Source: Candidatus Cloacimonadota bacterium
GTDB lineage: Bacteria; Cloacimonadota; Cloacimonadia; JGIOTU-2
Length of the DNA stretch: 64,000 nt
Assembly (NCBI GenBank): GCA_049903315.1
Contig: JBNGBT010000003.1
Span: 32,001 to 96,000, forward strand
Direction of reading: 5' to 3'
Under the pieces are notes generated by a model. The model was not told where the DNA came from. It saw only the letters and a list, made by a program, of their open reading frames with translations, and searched no databases. Shown in pieces: positions 49,277 through 59,747 of this stretch. A program made the translations under genes and the position numbers. Each line of letters opens with the position of its first letter. Within the stretch, counting starts at the first letter, position 1.

Positions 49277-51091
49277 ATGGCACAAGAGAAAAAACAAGGG
49301 AAATTAACAGTTCACACTGAAAATATATTTCCTATCATAAAAAAGTGGCTCTACTCCGAGCATGATATTTTCCTGAGAGAACTCATTGCGAATGCTGTCG
49401 ATGCAATGAACAAGCGCGAAGCAATGGATCCCGATGTGAAAATTGATGAGCTTCAGGTCGAAGTAAAGATCAACAAACGCAAAAAAGCACTCGAGATCAT
49501 CGACAACGGCATCGGTATGACCCAGCAAGAGATCAAGAAATATATCAACCAGATCGCCTTTTCCAGCGCAGAAGGATTTGTAGAAAAATACAAGGATAGA
49601 CAGGGCAAACTTATTGGGCAATTCGGATTAGGATTTTACTCTTCATTTATGGTTGCGAAGAAAGTCACCATAGATTCTCTTTCATTTAAAAAGAGCTCAG
49701 AACCGGCATACTGGGAATGTGAAGGCAGTACTGATTTCCAGCTCGATGTTGGAAAACGAAAAGAGCCGGGCACTACAATCACAATTTATCTAAATAAAGA
49801 AAATGAAGATTATCTCGAGGACTTCAAAGTGAAAGAGTTGATCGAGAAATACTGCAACTTCATGCCCTTCCCCATCGTTTTTGATAAAAAAGTGGTGAAC
49901 ATCCAGAAAGCACTCTGGCACAAAAAGCCAAAAGATATCGAAGAAAGCGAATACAAAGAATTTTATAAAGAACTTTTTCACCAATACGAAGACCCGCTTT
50001 TTTGGATACATCTCAATGTTGATTTTCCGTTCAAGCTTGAAGGAATTCTCTACTTCCCCAAAATTAATCAACTCGATCTTGACCTCAACCGGGGTAAGAT
50101 AAAACTCTTTTGCCACGATGTTTTTGTTGCAGATGATCTGAAAGGCGTTGTGCCGGAATTCCTGCTTTTACTCCGTGGTGGCATGGATATTCCAGACATT
50201 CCCCTCAATGTTTCGCGCAGCTTTTTGCAGGAAGATAAACAGGTAAAAAAGATTTCTCAGTACATCATAAAGAAGGTGGCGGACAGTCTCAAAGACATTT
50301 TCAAAGAAGATAGAAAGCGCTATGATAGTTTGTGGAATGACATCAATCACTTCATCAAATACGGCATGTTGACCGAGGAAAAATTCTATGAAATTCTCAA
50401 AGATCAACTCATTTTCAAAACAACAAAAGGTGATTATGTAACAGTCGATGAATATCTTCTCAGAAATCCGCAGGAAGGCAAACAGAAGAAGATTTACTAT
50501 GCACCAAGCGAAGATCTCCAGGTTACTTATTTGAATATGATGAAGGAGCAGGGCGTTGAAGTGATCTTTGCACCAACGGTACTAGATGGTCATGTTTTCC
50601 AGAAAATAGAAATGGATAAAGGCGATGTATCCTTTGTGCGGATCGACTCCGAGATCAATGATAATATGGTGAACAAAGATAAAAAGGAAATCGTTGATCA
50701 GGATAATAAAACTCCATCCGATAAGATCAAGACCGTGTTTGAGAAAGCATTGAATAATGATAAGATCACAGTGGAAGTAAAGAGTCTGAAGGTGAAGGAT
50801 ATTCCAGCAATGGTTGTGTTTAATGAGCATATGCGCAGATTCCAGGAAATGAGCCAGTTCGCAAATCCGGAAGCAACAGATATGCTCGCAAGCCATACTC
50901 TTGTCGTGAACAGTGAAAATGATACAGTAAAAAAGATACTCATACTCAACGACAAAGGGAAAACTGAAGAAGTTGCATTGCTCTGCAGCTATATTCATGA
51001 ACTCGGGCTTATCGAGCAAAAACCTCTTACAGGAAAAGAACTTCAGTCATTCATCGAAAAATCTAACAAGATTTTGCAGATGATAGAATAG
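49277..51091 (+). CDS. htpG: Molecular chaperone HtpG (Hsp90)
   Basis: IFLRELIANAVDA, DNGIGMT, IGQFGLGFYSSFMVA, DIPLNVSRSFLQ. Confidence 0.97.
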   Translation: MAQEKKQGKLTVHTENIFPIIKKWLYSEHDIFLRELIANAVDAMNKREAMDPDVKIDELQVEVKINKRKKALEIIDNGIGMTQQEIKKYINQIAFSSAEGFVEKYKDRQGKLIGQFGLGFYSSFMVAKKVTIDSLSFKKSSEPAYWECEGSTDFQLDVGKRKEPGTTITIYLNKENEDYLEDFKVKELIEKYCNFMPFPIVFDKKVVNIQKALWHKKPKDIEESEYKEFYKELFHQYEDPLFWIHLNVDFPFKLEGILYFPKINQLDLDLNRGKIKLFCHDVFVADDLKGVVPEFLLLLRGGMDIPDIPLNVSRSFLQEDKQVKKISQYIIKKVADSLKDIFKEDRKRYDSLWNDINHFIKYGMLTEEKFYEILKDQLIFKTTKGDYVTVDEYLLRNPQEGKQKKIYYAPSEDLQVTYLNMMKEQGVEVIFAPTVLDGHVFQKIEMDKGDVSFVRIDSEINDNMVNKDKKEIVDQDNKTPSDKIKTVFEKALNNDKITVEVKSLKVKDIPAMVVFNEHMRRFQEMSQFANPEATDMLASHTLVVNSENDTVKKILILNDKGKTEEVALLCSYIHELGLIEQKPLTGKELQSFIEKSNKILQMIE

Positions 51092-51113
51092 AATATTAGA
51101 ATCCATAATAAAT

Positions 51114-51144
51114 AAGCGGTTGTAAAAGCAGCCGCTTTTGCTTT
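51114..51144 (+). terminator. Probable intrinsic terminator after htpG
   Basis: aagcggttg-taaaag-cagccgctt stem followed by T-rich tail. Confidence 0.65.
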
Positions 51145-51193
51145 ATTGTTTTGTTGACAAAAAAACATCCCGATGCAAACTTAATTTTATAAT

Positions 51194-52003
51194 TTGGATG
51201 TTAAACATGGAGAACGCTTGAACATATTTGATTCTGCCGGCATCGGGCTGCGTGCGCGCCTTGAGAACACAAAAGAATTCTATCTTTTTGTGATGCAGGT
51301 CTTCCGTAAAACCCTTACTTTTCACAGGCAAAAACAAATAGGATTCATCGTGCTGCTGCGCCAGATCATGTTTACCGGTTACGAAGCGCTTCCGCTTATA
51401 ATCTTTATCGCACTGAGCATTGGGGGACTCATCATTCTGGAAGGAAACTACATACTCGGCGGATTCGGGCAGAGCCAGCTTGTGTACGTGATACTCGTCA
51501 CCGTTGTTATTCGTGAACTGAGTATCATCATCACTGCACTTATTGTTATTGCCAGATCCGGGACAGCGATTTCCACTGAACTCGGCAACATGATCGTTAA
51601 CAACGAGATAAACCTTCTTCAGTCATTTGGCATTTCACCGATTTCATATCTTGTGGTATCCCGTTTTATCGGTGTCGTTGTTGCAGTATTTCTGCTGACC
51701 ATTTACTTCAATCTTGCTGCAGTAATCGGAGGGTGGCTTTTCTCAACGATCTTTTATCCAATGAATTTTGGCTATTTCGTAAGTCAATTTCTCTACGAGC
51801 TCTCTTTCGCAGATATCATCATTTTTGTGATCAAATCCATAGTATTCGGCACAGCTATTGCCCTTATATCTTGTTATCAGGGTTTGAAAGTTTCAGTTGC
51901 CTCGACTGAAGTGCCACAGCGCACCATAAAAGCAGCGGTCTCATCAGTGATAGCGGTTGTTGTATTCGATATAATAATTACAGTATTATTTTATATATTA
52001 TAA
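51194..52003 (+). CDS. mlaE: MlaE-family ABC permease (TTG start)
   Basis: IRELS.IITAL...ARSGTAISTELG.M....EI..L...GISP..YLV..R. Confidence 0.9.
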   Translation: MDVKHGERLNIFDSAGIGLRARLENTKEFYLFVMQVFRKTLTFHRQKQIGFIVLLRQIMFTGYEALPLIIFIALSIGGLIILEGNYILGGFGQSQLVYVILVTVVIRELSIIITALIVIARSGTAISTELGNMIVNNEINLLQSFGISPISYLVVSRFIGVVVAVFLLTIYFNLAAVIGGWLFSTIFYPMNFGYFVSQFLYELSFADIIIFVIKSIVFGTAIALISCYQGLKVSVASTEVPQRTIKAAVSSVIAVVVFDIIITVLFYIL

Positions 52004-52007
52004 CATC

Positions 52008-52754
52008 ATGAATGTAGAAATTAAAAACCTGTCTGTTGATATCGAAGAAGATATCATCATGAAGAATATTTCTTTTTCTATTGAAGAGCATCAGTCCTGC
52101 ATAATTATCGGCTCGTATGGCTACTATAACGGCATTTTGCTGAATGTGCTCGGTGGATTTTATCATCCTGCTGACGGAACTGTGTTTATTGCAGGGAAAG
52201 ATATTTATTCCAAAACTGAAGATGAAGTCATAGATCTGAGAAAGAAGATATCTTTTGTTTTTCAGGAAGGCGCGTTTCTTTCAAACCTGACTGTTCTTGA
52301 GAACTTGCTTTTGCCGGTAAAATTCTATGCAAAGAAATTTCAGAAGACAAAGATCATGAAGGAGATCAGGGATTATTGTGAGTACTTTGATGTACCTCCT
52401 GTTCTTGATAAGCGTCCCGCATTTATATCCTACACTTCGAAAAAAATACTTTCACTTATACGGGCACTCATTACTCATCCTGAAATAATTATCATCAATA
52501 AACCGCTATTTAATTTGGATATCAGAAATCAGATCAAAGTAATAAATTTGTTGAAAGACGTGAAAAAACAAGGCATGACCTTTATTATTTCAAGCAATTC
52601 CTTCGATGTGATAAAATCTCTTGCTAATCAGGTCGTGCATATCGAGAAGGGCTCGGTCCAGAAAATTATGTATGCAAAAAATAAAGATTTTTTAAAAGAA
52701 ATAAAACAATTAGATATATTATCAGACTTAGTAGGAGTCGAAGATGAAGTTTAA
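52008..52754 (+). CDS. MlaF-like ABC ATPase-fold protein with degenerate catalytic motifs
   Basis: Scaffold retained (P..G.V.I.G, LRKKISFVFQ, NLTVLENL, RALI..P) but Walker A, signature, Walker B and H-loop are altered. Confidence 0.8.
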   Translation: MNVEIKNLSVDIEEDIIMKNISFSIEEHQSCIIIGSYGYYNGILLNVLGGFYHPADGTVFIAGKDIYSKTEDEVIDLRKKISFVFQEGAFLSNLTVLENLLLPVKFYAKKFQKTKIMKEIRDYCEYFDVPPVLDKRPAFISYTSKKILSLIRALITHPEIIIINKPLFNLDIRNQIKVINLLKDVKKQGMTFIISSNSFDVIKSLANQVVHIEKGSVQKIMYAKNKDFLKEIKQLDILSDLVGVEDEV

Positions 52755-53790
52755 ATTCAAACATACAGATAAAATCGTGGGTATATTCTTTCTCGTTGCA
52801 GTAGTAGCACTCATTTTTACCCTGGTAGTGGTTGCTGTTTCCAAGCGGATATTTGATAGAAAATATTATTTCACGACCCAGTTTGTTGATGCCACAGGGC
52901 TTTCAAGTTCCACAAAATTATTTTTTAAAGGTTACGAGATCGGGAAATTGAAAAAATATACTCTCAATATTAATAATCAAATCGATGCTGAGCTGGTTGT
53001 GTATAAAGAGTTCAGGAATAAGATCGTGGAGAATTCTGCAATTTTCAAAGCAACGAATCCTATAACTGGAAAGAGCACGATGGAATTTCTACAAGGACCG
53101 GACTGGAGCAAGGTGCTTGCAGAGGGTGAGTTCATTCCTTCTCTTGGCTCAGCAGCGGGAAAGCAGTTGCTCAAAGAAGGCCTTGTAAAGAAGAGTGGCG
53201 ATATGATGGAATCCGTGCTGAAAAATGTAGATCAGCTTTTGTATAACCTCACTCAGGATGAAAATCCTGATCAGGGAGCGCTTTTCCGCATGGTGTATAA
53301 TCTTGCAAACATGACAGATAAAATGGATGAGTCGTTGGAGAACGTCAATGCGATATTGGTATCATTGCAGAAGGATAATAATCCTGAAGACGGTGCAATG
53401 TTCCGTATTCTCAGCAATGTTGCAGACCTCACTGATGATTTTAAAGGCACTGCTGCACAGCTCGACGAAATGCTGGCAAATTACAAAAATCCAGATGATC
53501 TCATCGTAAAGCTGATCGATCCTGATAGAGAAAATCTCATATTTCCTATGCGAGATATGTTGCTCAATCTGAATGAAAATCTTGTTTCTATGAATAAAAT
53601 ACTGGAATTCATGTATATGCAGATGCCCGAATTTGCGGATATCCTGGCAAAGAGCAAAGTGTCGCTGCAAACCGCTCAGAAAACGCTGGAAGCCCTCAAC
53701 AACAATCCCTTCCTGCGCGGAGGCATCAAAGAGGAAGCTCCAACCCAGCAAAAAAATACAAAAATCAGATTAATGGATTTAGACCAATGA
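52744..53790 (+). CDS. mlaD: MCE/MlaD family protein with long helical extension
   Basis: N-terminal TM, A.GL.....V/L.FKG..IG MCE motif, coiled-coil C-terminus ending NNPFLRGG. Confidence 0.85.
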   Translation: MKFKFKHTDKIVGIFFLVAVVALIFTLVVVAVSKRIFDRKYYFTTQFVDATGLSSSTKLFFKGYEIGKLKKYTLNINNQIDAELVVYKEFRNKIVENSAIFKATNPITGKSTMEFLQGPDWSKVLAEGEFIPSLGSAAGKQLLKEGLVKKSGDMMESVLKNVDQLLYNLTQDENPDQGALFRMVYNLANMTDKMDESLENVNAILVSLQKDNNPEDGAMFRILSNVADLTDDFKGTAAQLDEMLANYKNPDDLIVKLIDPDRENLIFPMRDMLLNLNENLVSMNKILEFMYMQMPEFADILAKSKVSLQTAQKTLEALNNNPFLRGGIKEEAPTQQKNTKIRLMDLDQ

Positions 53791-54638
53791 AAAAAATAAT
53801 ATTATTCTGCGGACTTATCGCACTCGTCGCTTGCTCGAGTCTTCCCAAATATGTTGATCTGCAATCCACAAAGGATGCAAACGATGCTATGAAGCGCGCA
53901 CAAAGTGCAGAAGCCGTCGGGTATTATCCGCAGGCGCAGCTTCTTTTTGAAAAAGCGTTCGACCTCTATACCAGTGTGGACAATCTGAAGGGAATCATTA
54001 TTTCCGGTCTTGCAGTGGCGCGGCAGTATTATTACTTGGATAATATGGAGCAATACGATATGTGGTATATGAAAATGTCCGTCATCGCACACAACGATGC
54101 GCCGGATTTCATCCCGCTTCTCTATCTTCTGCAGATGGAAGTTGCTTTTGATAAGGGAGAGTACGGCAGAGTGGTTACACTATCCCTCGCAGTGGAGACA
54201 ACTCAAAAGGAAATGCAGACGGAGTTGCTTTCATATAGATTACTGGCACTCTTGAAAACAGGTCAACCCTACCAAAAGGAGTTCGAGAAGATCAAACACA
54301 ATATTCCCGGTTTGCGTTCCATGTTCAAAAAGAACAAGCTCGATGACCCAAAGATAGTTTCCTATGCTGCCTATACTCTTGGCTACGCAATGAGCAAAGA
54401 GAAGCAATGGGTAAAAGCAATAGAATTCTTTGAAGTAGCACACAAATATGATCAACTTATCGAGAATACAGGCGGGCTTGCTGACGATGTGTATGCAATG
54501 GGAGTTGCCTATGATAAGCTTGGCGATACTGAAATGGCGTTGAGCTGTTATATCCGAGCGCGGGATATGTATGATATCATCAAAGATGAGGAGATGAGTT
54601 CGGTCGTAGAAACAAAGATCAAAAATATATTAGAATAG
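53787..54638 (+). CDS. TPR-repeat lipoprotein
   Basis: Lipobox LVAC; TPR-like helices; ATGA overlap with mlaD. Confidence 0.8.
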   Translation: MKKIILFCGLIALVACSSLPKYVDLQSTKDANDAMKRAQSAEAVGYYPQAQLLFEKAFDLYTSVDNLKGIIISGLAVARQYYYLDNMEQYDMWYMKMSVIAHNDAPDFIPLLYLLQMEVAFDKGEYGRVVTLSLAVETTQKEMQTELLSYRLLALLKTGQPYQKEFEKIKHNIPGLRSMFKKNKLDDPKIVSYAAYTLGYAMSKEKQWVKAIEFFEVAHKYDQLIENTGGLADDVYAMGVAYDKLGDTEMALSCYIRARDMYDIIKDEEMSSVVETKIKNILE

Positions 54639-54694
54639 AGCTGAGATTAAGGGAATTGGGCTGAAATTTTTGGATGCTAAAAATATATGTACGT

Positions 54695-55564
54695 ATGATC
54701 AAAGAAATACTCGCCAAAACAATTCTCAATAATGTAAAACAGCCGGATACATGGTTTGGACTGCGCTACAATTTGAACCTCTACCGAGGATGCCAGCACC
54801 AGTGCATCTATTGTGATTCCAGAAGCGATTGTTATCATATCGAGGATTTTGCCGATATCCTGATCAAAACAAATGCAATTGAAGTCTTGAAGGATGAACT
54901 TCCGAGAAAACGAAAGAAGGGAACCATAGGTTTTGGCTCAATGAATGATCCATACATGCCGATCGAAAAGGAAAGGGAACTTACAAGAAAAGCGCTGGAA
55001 GTAATTAATAAGAATCACTTTCCTGTTCATATTCTTACGAAAAGCACTTTGGTTTTAAGGGATATTGATATACTAAAAAAGATGGCTGAGCACTATGCAG
55101 CAGTGAGTTTTACTATTACTACAGCATATGATGGACTGTGCAAAAAGCTTGAACCCGGTGCACCTGTAGCGTCCGAAAGGTTTGCTGCGATGAAGGAGTT
55201 GAGCGAGAATGGGATTTATACAGGAATACTTATGATGCCCATTCTGCCTTTTATTGAGGATACGAAAGAAAATGTTGAAGCGATCGTGTCACGAGCAGCT
55301 GAGAGTGGCGCATCGTATATCATTCCATGGTTTGGCATGTCTATGAGAAGCGGACAGCGCGAGTATTTTTATGCAAAATTGGACGAACTCTTTCCCAGAT
55401 TGAGAGCAAAATATGAGATTAGATTTGGGGAGCAGTATCAGTGTTCAGTTCCTCATGCCAAAGAGTTGTCTCACTATTTTGATGAGATATCTAAAAAGTA
55501 CGGCATTACTAAAAAGATGAATGTGTATGAGGAGAAAAGAGAGCAGGAAGAGTTGTTTGGATGA
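54695..55564 (+). CDS. Radical SAM protein (SPL/Rv2578c-like)
   Basis: NLYRGCQHQCIYCDSRS, GSMNDPY, LTKS....RD, LEPGAP; alternative start 54674. Confidence 0.9.
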   Translation: MIKEILAKTILNNVKQPDTWFGLRYNLNLYRGCQHQCIYCDSRSDCYHIEDFADILIKTNAIEVLKDELPRKRKKGTIGFGSMNDPYMPIEKERELTRKALEVINKNHFPVHILTKSTLVLRDIDILKKMAEHYAAVSFTITTAYDGLCKKLEPGAPVASERFAAMKELSENGIYTGILMMPILPFIEDTKENVEAIVSRAAESGASYIIPWFGMSMRSGQREYFYAKLDELFPRLRAKYEIRFGEQYQCSVPHAKELSHYFDEISKKYGITKKMNVYEEKREQEELFG

Positions 55565-55594
55565 TAAACTTATTTTTTAAATTTCTAAATCCGA

Positions 55595-55762
55595 ATGTCT
55601 GATAAAATTTCAAAGCACAAAACTTTTCTTGATGAAGAAAGAAGTGCCGGCAAACACTCAATTTCCACCACAGTTGACAATTTCTCATCAGGTATTTATT
55701 TTACCAACCTGAGTATTGACGGAGTTCAAAAAGAAGTCAGTAAAGTAGTGGTGTTGAGGTAA
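55595..55762 (+). pseudogene. Orphan fragment of a T9SS/FlgD-type C-terminal sorting domain (truncated paralog)
   Basis: Translates to ...SSGIYFTNLSIDGVQKEVSKVVVLR*, nearly the same as the end of 55785..58517 (SSGIYFTKLTIDGVDKEVSKVVVLR*). Confidence 0.75.
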
Positions 55763-55784
55763 AAATTCTGAAAATAAGGATTTA

Positions 55785-58517
55785 ATGAAAAAGTTAATAT
55801 TGTTTGCTGTTTTGTTTATTTGCTCAAACTTATTGGCGCAAAATCGAGATATTCCTGTAACACGAGATTTAAATCCCGATGCCGTGTATGATACCTACCA
55901 GGACTGGATTGCCAAAAATCCGCCGCAAATAACCAATGCTTTTGAAGTAAGCAGAATGCACACAAATCAAAGAGATGAGGGACTCCTGATACTAGTTAAC
56001 AGCGACCTGTATGAACATATTGAACATTCACTGATTGTGTATCAGCAGGATTTGGCAGATGACGGATTCAATTCATATATCGTGGTATTCGAAGGTACAT
56101 CATCTGCTGATCTTAAACAGGAGATACTTTTGTACTATCAGTTGGAAAGCATTATAAATGTGGTTCTTATAGGAAACCTGCCGGTTGCATGGTACGAAAT
56201 GTTTGAAGACTGGAATGACAATGGAGTGCAAGATCCCGACGAAAACTGGGTTGAGTTTCCATGTGATCTTTATTTCACTGATATAGATGGGATATGGGTT
56301 GATTTTGATGAGGACGGCATTCTTGATTATCATGGAGGTGAGCAGCATCCGGAACTCGCCATAGGCAGGATAGTTGCCAATAATATGAGTATGGTTGATG
56401 CATCTGAATATGAACTTGTGAATAGTTATTTTCAGCGCAATCACCTTTTCAGGTCTGGCGTCATTACTAGCCACTATTTTTCTCTGGCATATATTGATGA
56501 TGACTGGGCGTATTGGGGAAATGAATATCAGCAGTCAATGCTCTTGGCATATCCTTCAGTCGAACTTGTAAATGATATAGAAGAAACCAACGCTGGAGAT
56601 TATCTTAATAATCGTTTGATCTCTGATTATGAACTCATCCAGGTGCATGTTCATTCAGGACCGGATGCCCACTACTTCTATTATAATTCCGGGAGTGATT
56701 ATCAACTTGTACATAATTATGAAATAGCTGCCGTCAATCCTACAGCCCATTTCTATAATCTGTTTGCGTGTTCGAACTCAAGATATACCACTTCGAATAA
56801 TATGGGCGGCATGTATATTTACGGCAGCGAGCACGGTTTGGCAACTTTGGGTTCTACAAAAACGGGCAGTATGCTTGGATTTACCGATTTCTATCACCCT
56901 CTTTCTGAAGATAAAACAATCGGAGAGTCACTGCGTTTATGGTGGGAATTGAATGTGGATACTGCACCATATTCCGGTTGGGAGAGGGCATGGTTCTACG
57001 GTATGATAATTCAAGGAGATCCTTCACTCAGAAGACATTATGATAAACATTCTGGAATTTTTGCATACTTCGAAGCAGACGAATATATCGGTCTAACTCC
57101 TCATTTGGTTCATTTTACAGACCTAAGCGTTCCACCCGACTCGATTGTATCATGGCAATGGGATTTCCAGAATGACGGTATTATTGATTCTTATGAACAG
57201 AATCCTTCCTTTTCATACACCGAGTCAGGGAGTTTTACAGTGTCATTAACAGTAACTGATACGCATGATTCAACAGATACGGAAATCAGGGAAAACTATA
57301 TAAGAGTGGATATTCCTCTTGTGAATAATATTACACAGCATACAGGCTATAGAACAATACAAGAGGGAATTGATAACGCAAATGAAGGTGATGTCATTAT
57401 CCTTGAGGAAAATTGTTATTTTGAAAATATTAATTTCAACGGGAAAAATATTACACTTGCTTCCAAATATTTGACGGAACAGGATACATCGTATATTTCC
57501 CAAACTATTCTTGACGGAAATAATGAAGATGCTGTAGTGAAAATCATAAATGGAGAGGATTCGACAGCTGTTTTAATGGGTTTAACAATAAGAAACGGGT
57601 ATTCAAGTACTGGTGGCGGGATTTGCATTGAGAATTCTTCCCCGTGTTTGTATAATTTAAAAATATCGGATAATAGCTCAACTTCCGGAGGTGGCATTTT
57701 CTGCCAAAATTCTTACAGTACTGTAAAAAACTCAATCATTTCAAATAATAGTTCTGTCTATTATGGCGGTGGTGTTTTTTGCAATAAATCTTCACCGGAC
57801 TTTGTAAATGTAACAGTTGAGGGTAATAGTTCAGCTTATCAGGGGGGCGGTATTTCCTGTTATAATAGTTCTGAACCGGTTTTAACAAATACAATTTTCT
57901 GGAACAATAATCCGCAGGAAATTTACTTTAGTGGAATATTAGATCCGAATGAAATTACTATAAATTACTCTGATGTTCAAGGTGGCGTGACGGGAATAAC
58001 GACAAATAATAACGGGGCAATACACTGGCTCTTTGGTAATATTGATGATGATCCATTATTTGCCGATCCTCTCAATGGAGACTATCATCTGAGCTGGACA
58101 AATTACCCAATTACTGATTCAACAAAGTCGCCATGTATCGATGCGGGAGATCCGAGCTCTCCATTGGATCCAGATGGTACTATCGCTGATATAGGAGCAT
58201 ATTACTTCAATCAAAATGTTTCAGTTGATGATCCGCAGGGAACTTGGCTATATATGCTTACAAATTATCCTAATCCAATTTTTATAAACAATAGCGATCT
58301 CTCAGTGAGTTTTTCTATTCATAAGCCAAGCAGAGTTAAAATTCAACTTTACAATATCAAAGGACAACTTGTTTCAACACTTATTAATGAAAATAAAAAT
58401 ATCGGAAATCACACAGTTACTTGTTTCGTTGAAGCGTTGTCATCAGGTATTTATTTTACAAAACTTACTATTGATGGAGTTGATAAAGAAGTAAGTAAGG
58501 TCGTGGTGTTGAGGTAG
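55785..58517 (+). CDS. Secreted C25 (gingipain-like) peptidase - PKD - beta-helix - T9SS-type CTD multidomain protein
   Basis: Signal peptide; VLIG.LP, CDLYF.D.DG, PELAIGR, HSG and FAC putative catalytic His/Cys, GDP; PKD WDF.NDG; TIQ.GID; NYPNP...YNIKGQLV. Confidence 0.88.
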   Translation: MKKLILFAVLFICSNLLAQNRDIPVTRDLNPDAVYDTYQDWIAKNPPQITNAFEVSRMHTNQRDEGLLILVNSDLYEHIEHSLIVYQQDLADDGFNSYIVVFEGTSSADLKQEILLYYQLESIINVVLIGNLPVAWYEMFEDWNDNGVQDPDENWVEFPCDLYFTDIDGIWVDFDEDGILDYHGGEQHPELAIGRIVANNMSMVDASEYELVNSYFQRNHLFRSGVITSHYFSLAYIDDDWAYWGNEYQQSMLLAYPSVELVNDIEETNAGDYLNNRLISDYELIQVHVHSGPDAHYFYYNSGSDYQLVHNYEIAAVNPTAHFYNLFACSNSRYTTSNNMGGMYIYGSEHGLATLGSTKTGSMLGFTDFYHPLSEDKTIGESLRLWWELNVDTAPYSGWERAWFYGMIIQGDPSLRRHYDKHSGIFAYFEADEYIGLTPHLVHFTDLSVPPDSIVSWQWDFQNDGIIDSYEQNPSFSYTESGSFTVSLTVTDTHDSTDTEIRENYIRVDIPLVNNITQHTGYRTIQEGIDNANEGDVIILEENCYFENINFNGKNITLASKYLTEQDTSYISQTILDGNNEDAVVKIINGEDSTAVLMGLTIRNGYSSTGGGICIENSSPCLYNLKISDNSSTSGGGIFCQNSYSTVKNSIISNNSSVYYGGGVFCNKSSPDFVNVTVEGNSSAYQGGGISCYNSSEPVLTNTIFWNNNPQEIYFSGILDPNEITINYSDVQGGVTGITTNNNGAIHWLFGNIDDDPLFADPLNGDYHLSWTNYPITDSTKSPCIDAGDPSSPLDPDGTIADIGAYYFNQNVSVDDPQGTWLYMLTNYPNPIFINNSDLSVSFSIHKPSRVKIQLYNIKGQLVSTLINENKNIGNHTVTCFVEALSSGIYFTKLTIDGVDKEVSKVVVLR

Positions 58518-58776
58518 GAAAATGCTCAATATAAAAAAACTTCTCAATTAATGCAGTTGAGTTTTCATTCGCCATCTTTATTTTCTCTGTAGTGCTCTAT
58601 TGATGCCACTCACATCTGCAAATTATATTATGTATTCATAAATTTGGACAATTTGGAGAAAATATTGACAGCTAAAGCAAAATTCAATCAAATTCATCTC
58701 GTTGTTTTGTGAATATTTTTTGAGTGCTCTATTATTTGCGTATATGGGTTTTACTATAGTAAAAAACCCATGAAGG

Positions 58777-59619
58777 GTGAATCAAATGAAAAGGATAATT
58801 TTTCTTCTGTTTATTCTTATTTCATTAAAATTTTATCTGTGTTGTGATAATTTACATTGTGTCGTCGAAATTGCATTAAGTTCAATTAGATGTGATAAAT
58901 TTGATATAGTTGCCGAGTTAGACACTGATGGACTAAACATAAAAATCATGAGTGACTTACCATCAAATACAATCATCAATGTAGACGTAGTACGACAATT
59001 CTGGGAGGTCGGATCTTCAAGAAATTATACGATACCATATTATTCTGAATTTACAGCCCTTGCAAGATGGCAAAAAGGTGAAGTCATAAAATTAGATGAT
59101 AATGCATGGCTCAAGGATCTAAATAATAAAAAAGAAACCTTGGAGAAGATGGGAAATCCTATAAAAATAAGTGAGATCAGCGATTGTGTCGAGGTTCAGG
59201 TTTATCTGCCCCTTCAAGAGGAAAATTTTGGTTTTAATAATAAATATCTTACAGGCAAAGAGGTTTCGGTTGCCAATATGAATTATATTCAGAAAAACAT
59301 TAAAGTCCTGTCACCATTACTTAATGCTCCGCCAAAATCAAAATTAAGCATTACCGGCAAGTGGATTGACACGTCAGAGGTGCGTCCTGTAGGAATTGTT
59401 TATGTTCACCAGGAGCAGGGTGTCATTCATGTAGATTTTCTCCATAATAATGGAAGCGTGACCAAGTATGAAGCGATTGAGTTTAATGTTGAAAACGATA
59501 CGCGATATTATATAAAAAATAATTATGATGGGGAATATTTTATTATACGAAATGATGGGAATCTATATTGGTATGATGATTTTGGATTGGTAATGAAATG
59601 TTATAAGTATAATGAGTAA
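58777..59619 (+). CDS. Hypothetical exported protein (start GTG 58777 or ATG 58786)
   Basis: 280 aa ORF with hydrophobic N-terminus; no recognisable motif. Confidence 0.7.
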   Translation: MNQMKRIIFLLFILISLKFYLCCDNLHCVVEIALSSIRCDKFDIVAELDTDGLNIKIMSDLPSNTIINVDVVRQFWEVGSSRNYTIPYYSEFTALARWQKGEVIKLDDNAWLKDLNNKKETLEKMGNPIKISEISDCVEVQVYLPLQEENFGFNNKYLTGKEVSVANMNYIQKNIKVLSPLLNAPPKSKLSITGKWIDTSEVRPVGIVYVHQEQGVIHVDFLHNNGSVTKYEAIEFNVENDTRYYIKNNYDGEYFIIRNDGNLYWYDDFGLVMKCYKYNE

Positions 59620-59747
59620 CAATTCAGATCAAATTCAGTAATTCCAACAATATCCATTCCGTTTACATTAATTTCTGCCATCACTTCTTTACTATATAAC
59701 AAGACACAGTGTCAGTCTTCGTGTGTCGCTCCGCTCCAAGCGAAGAC

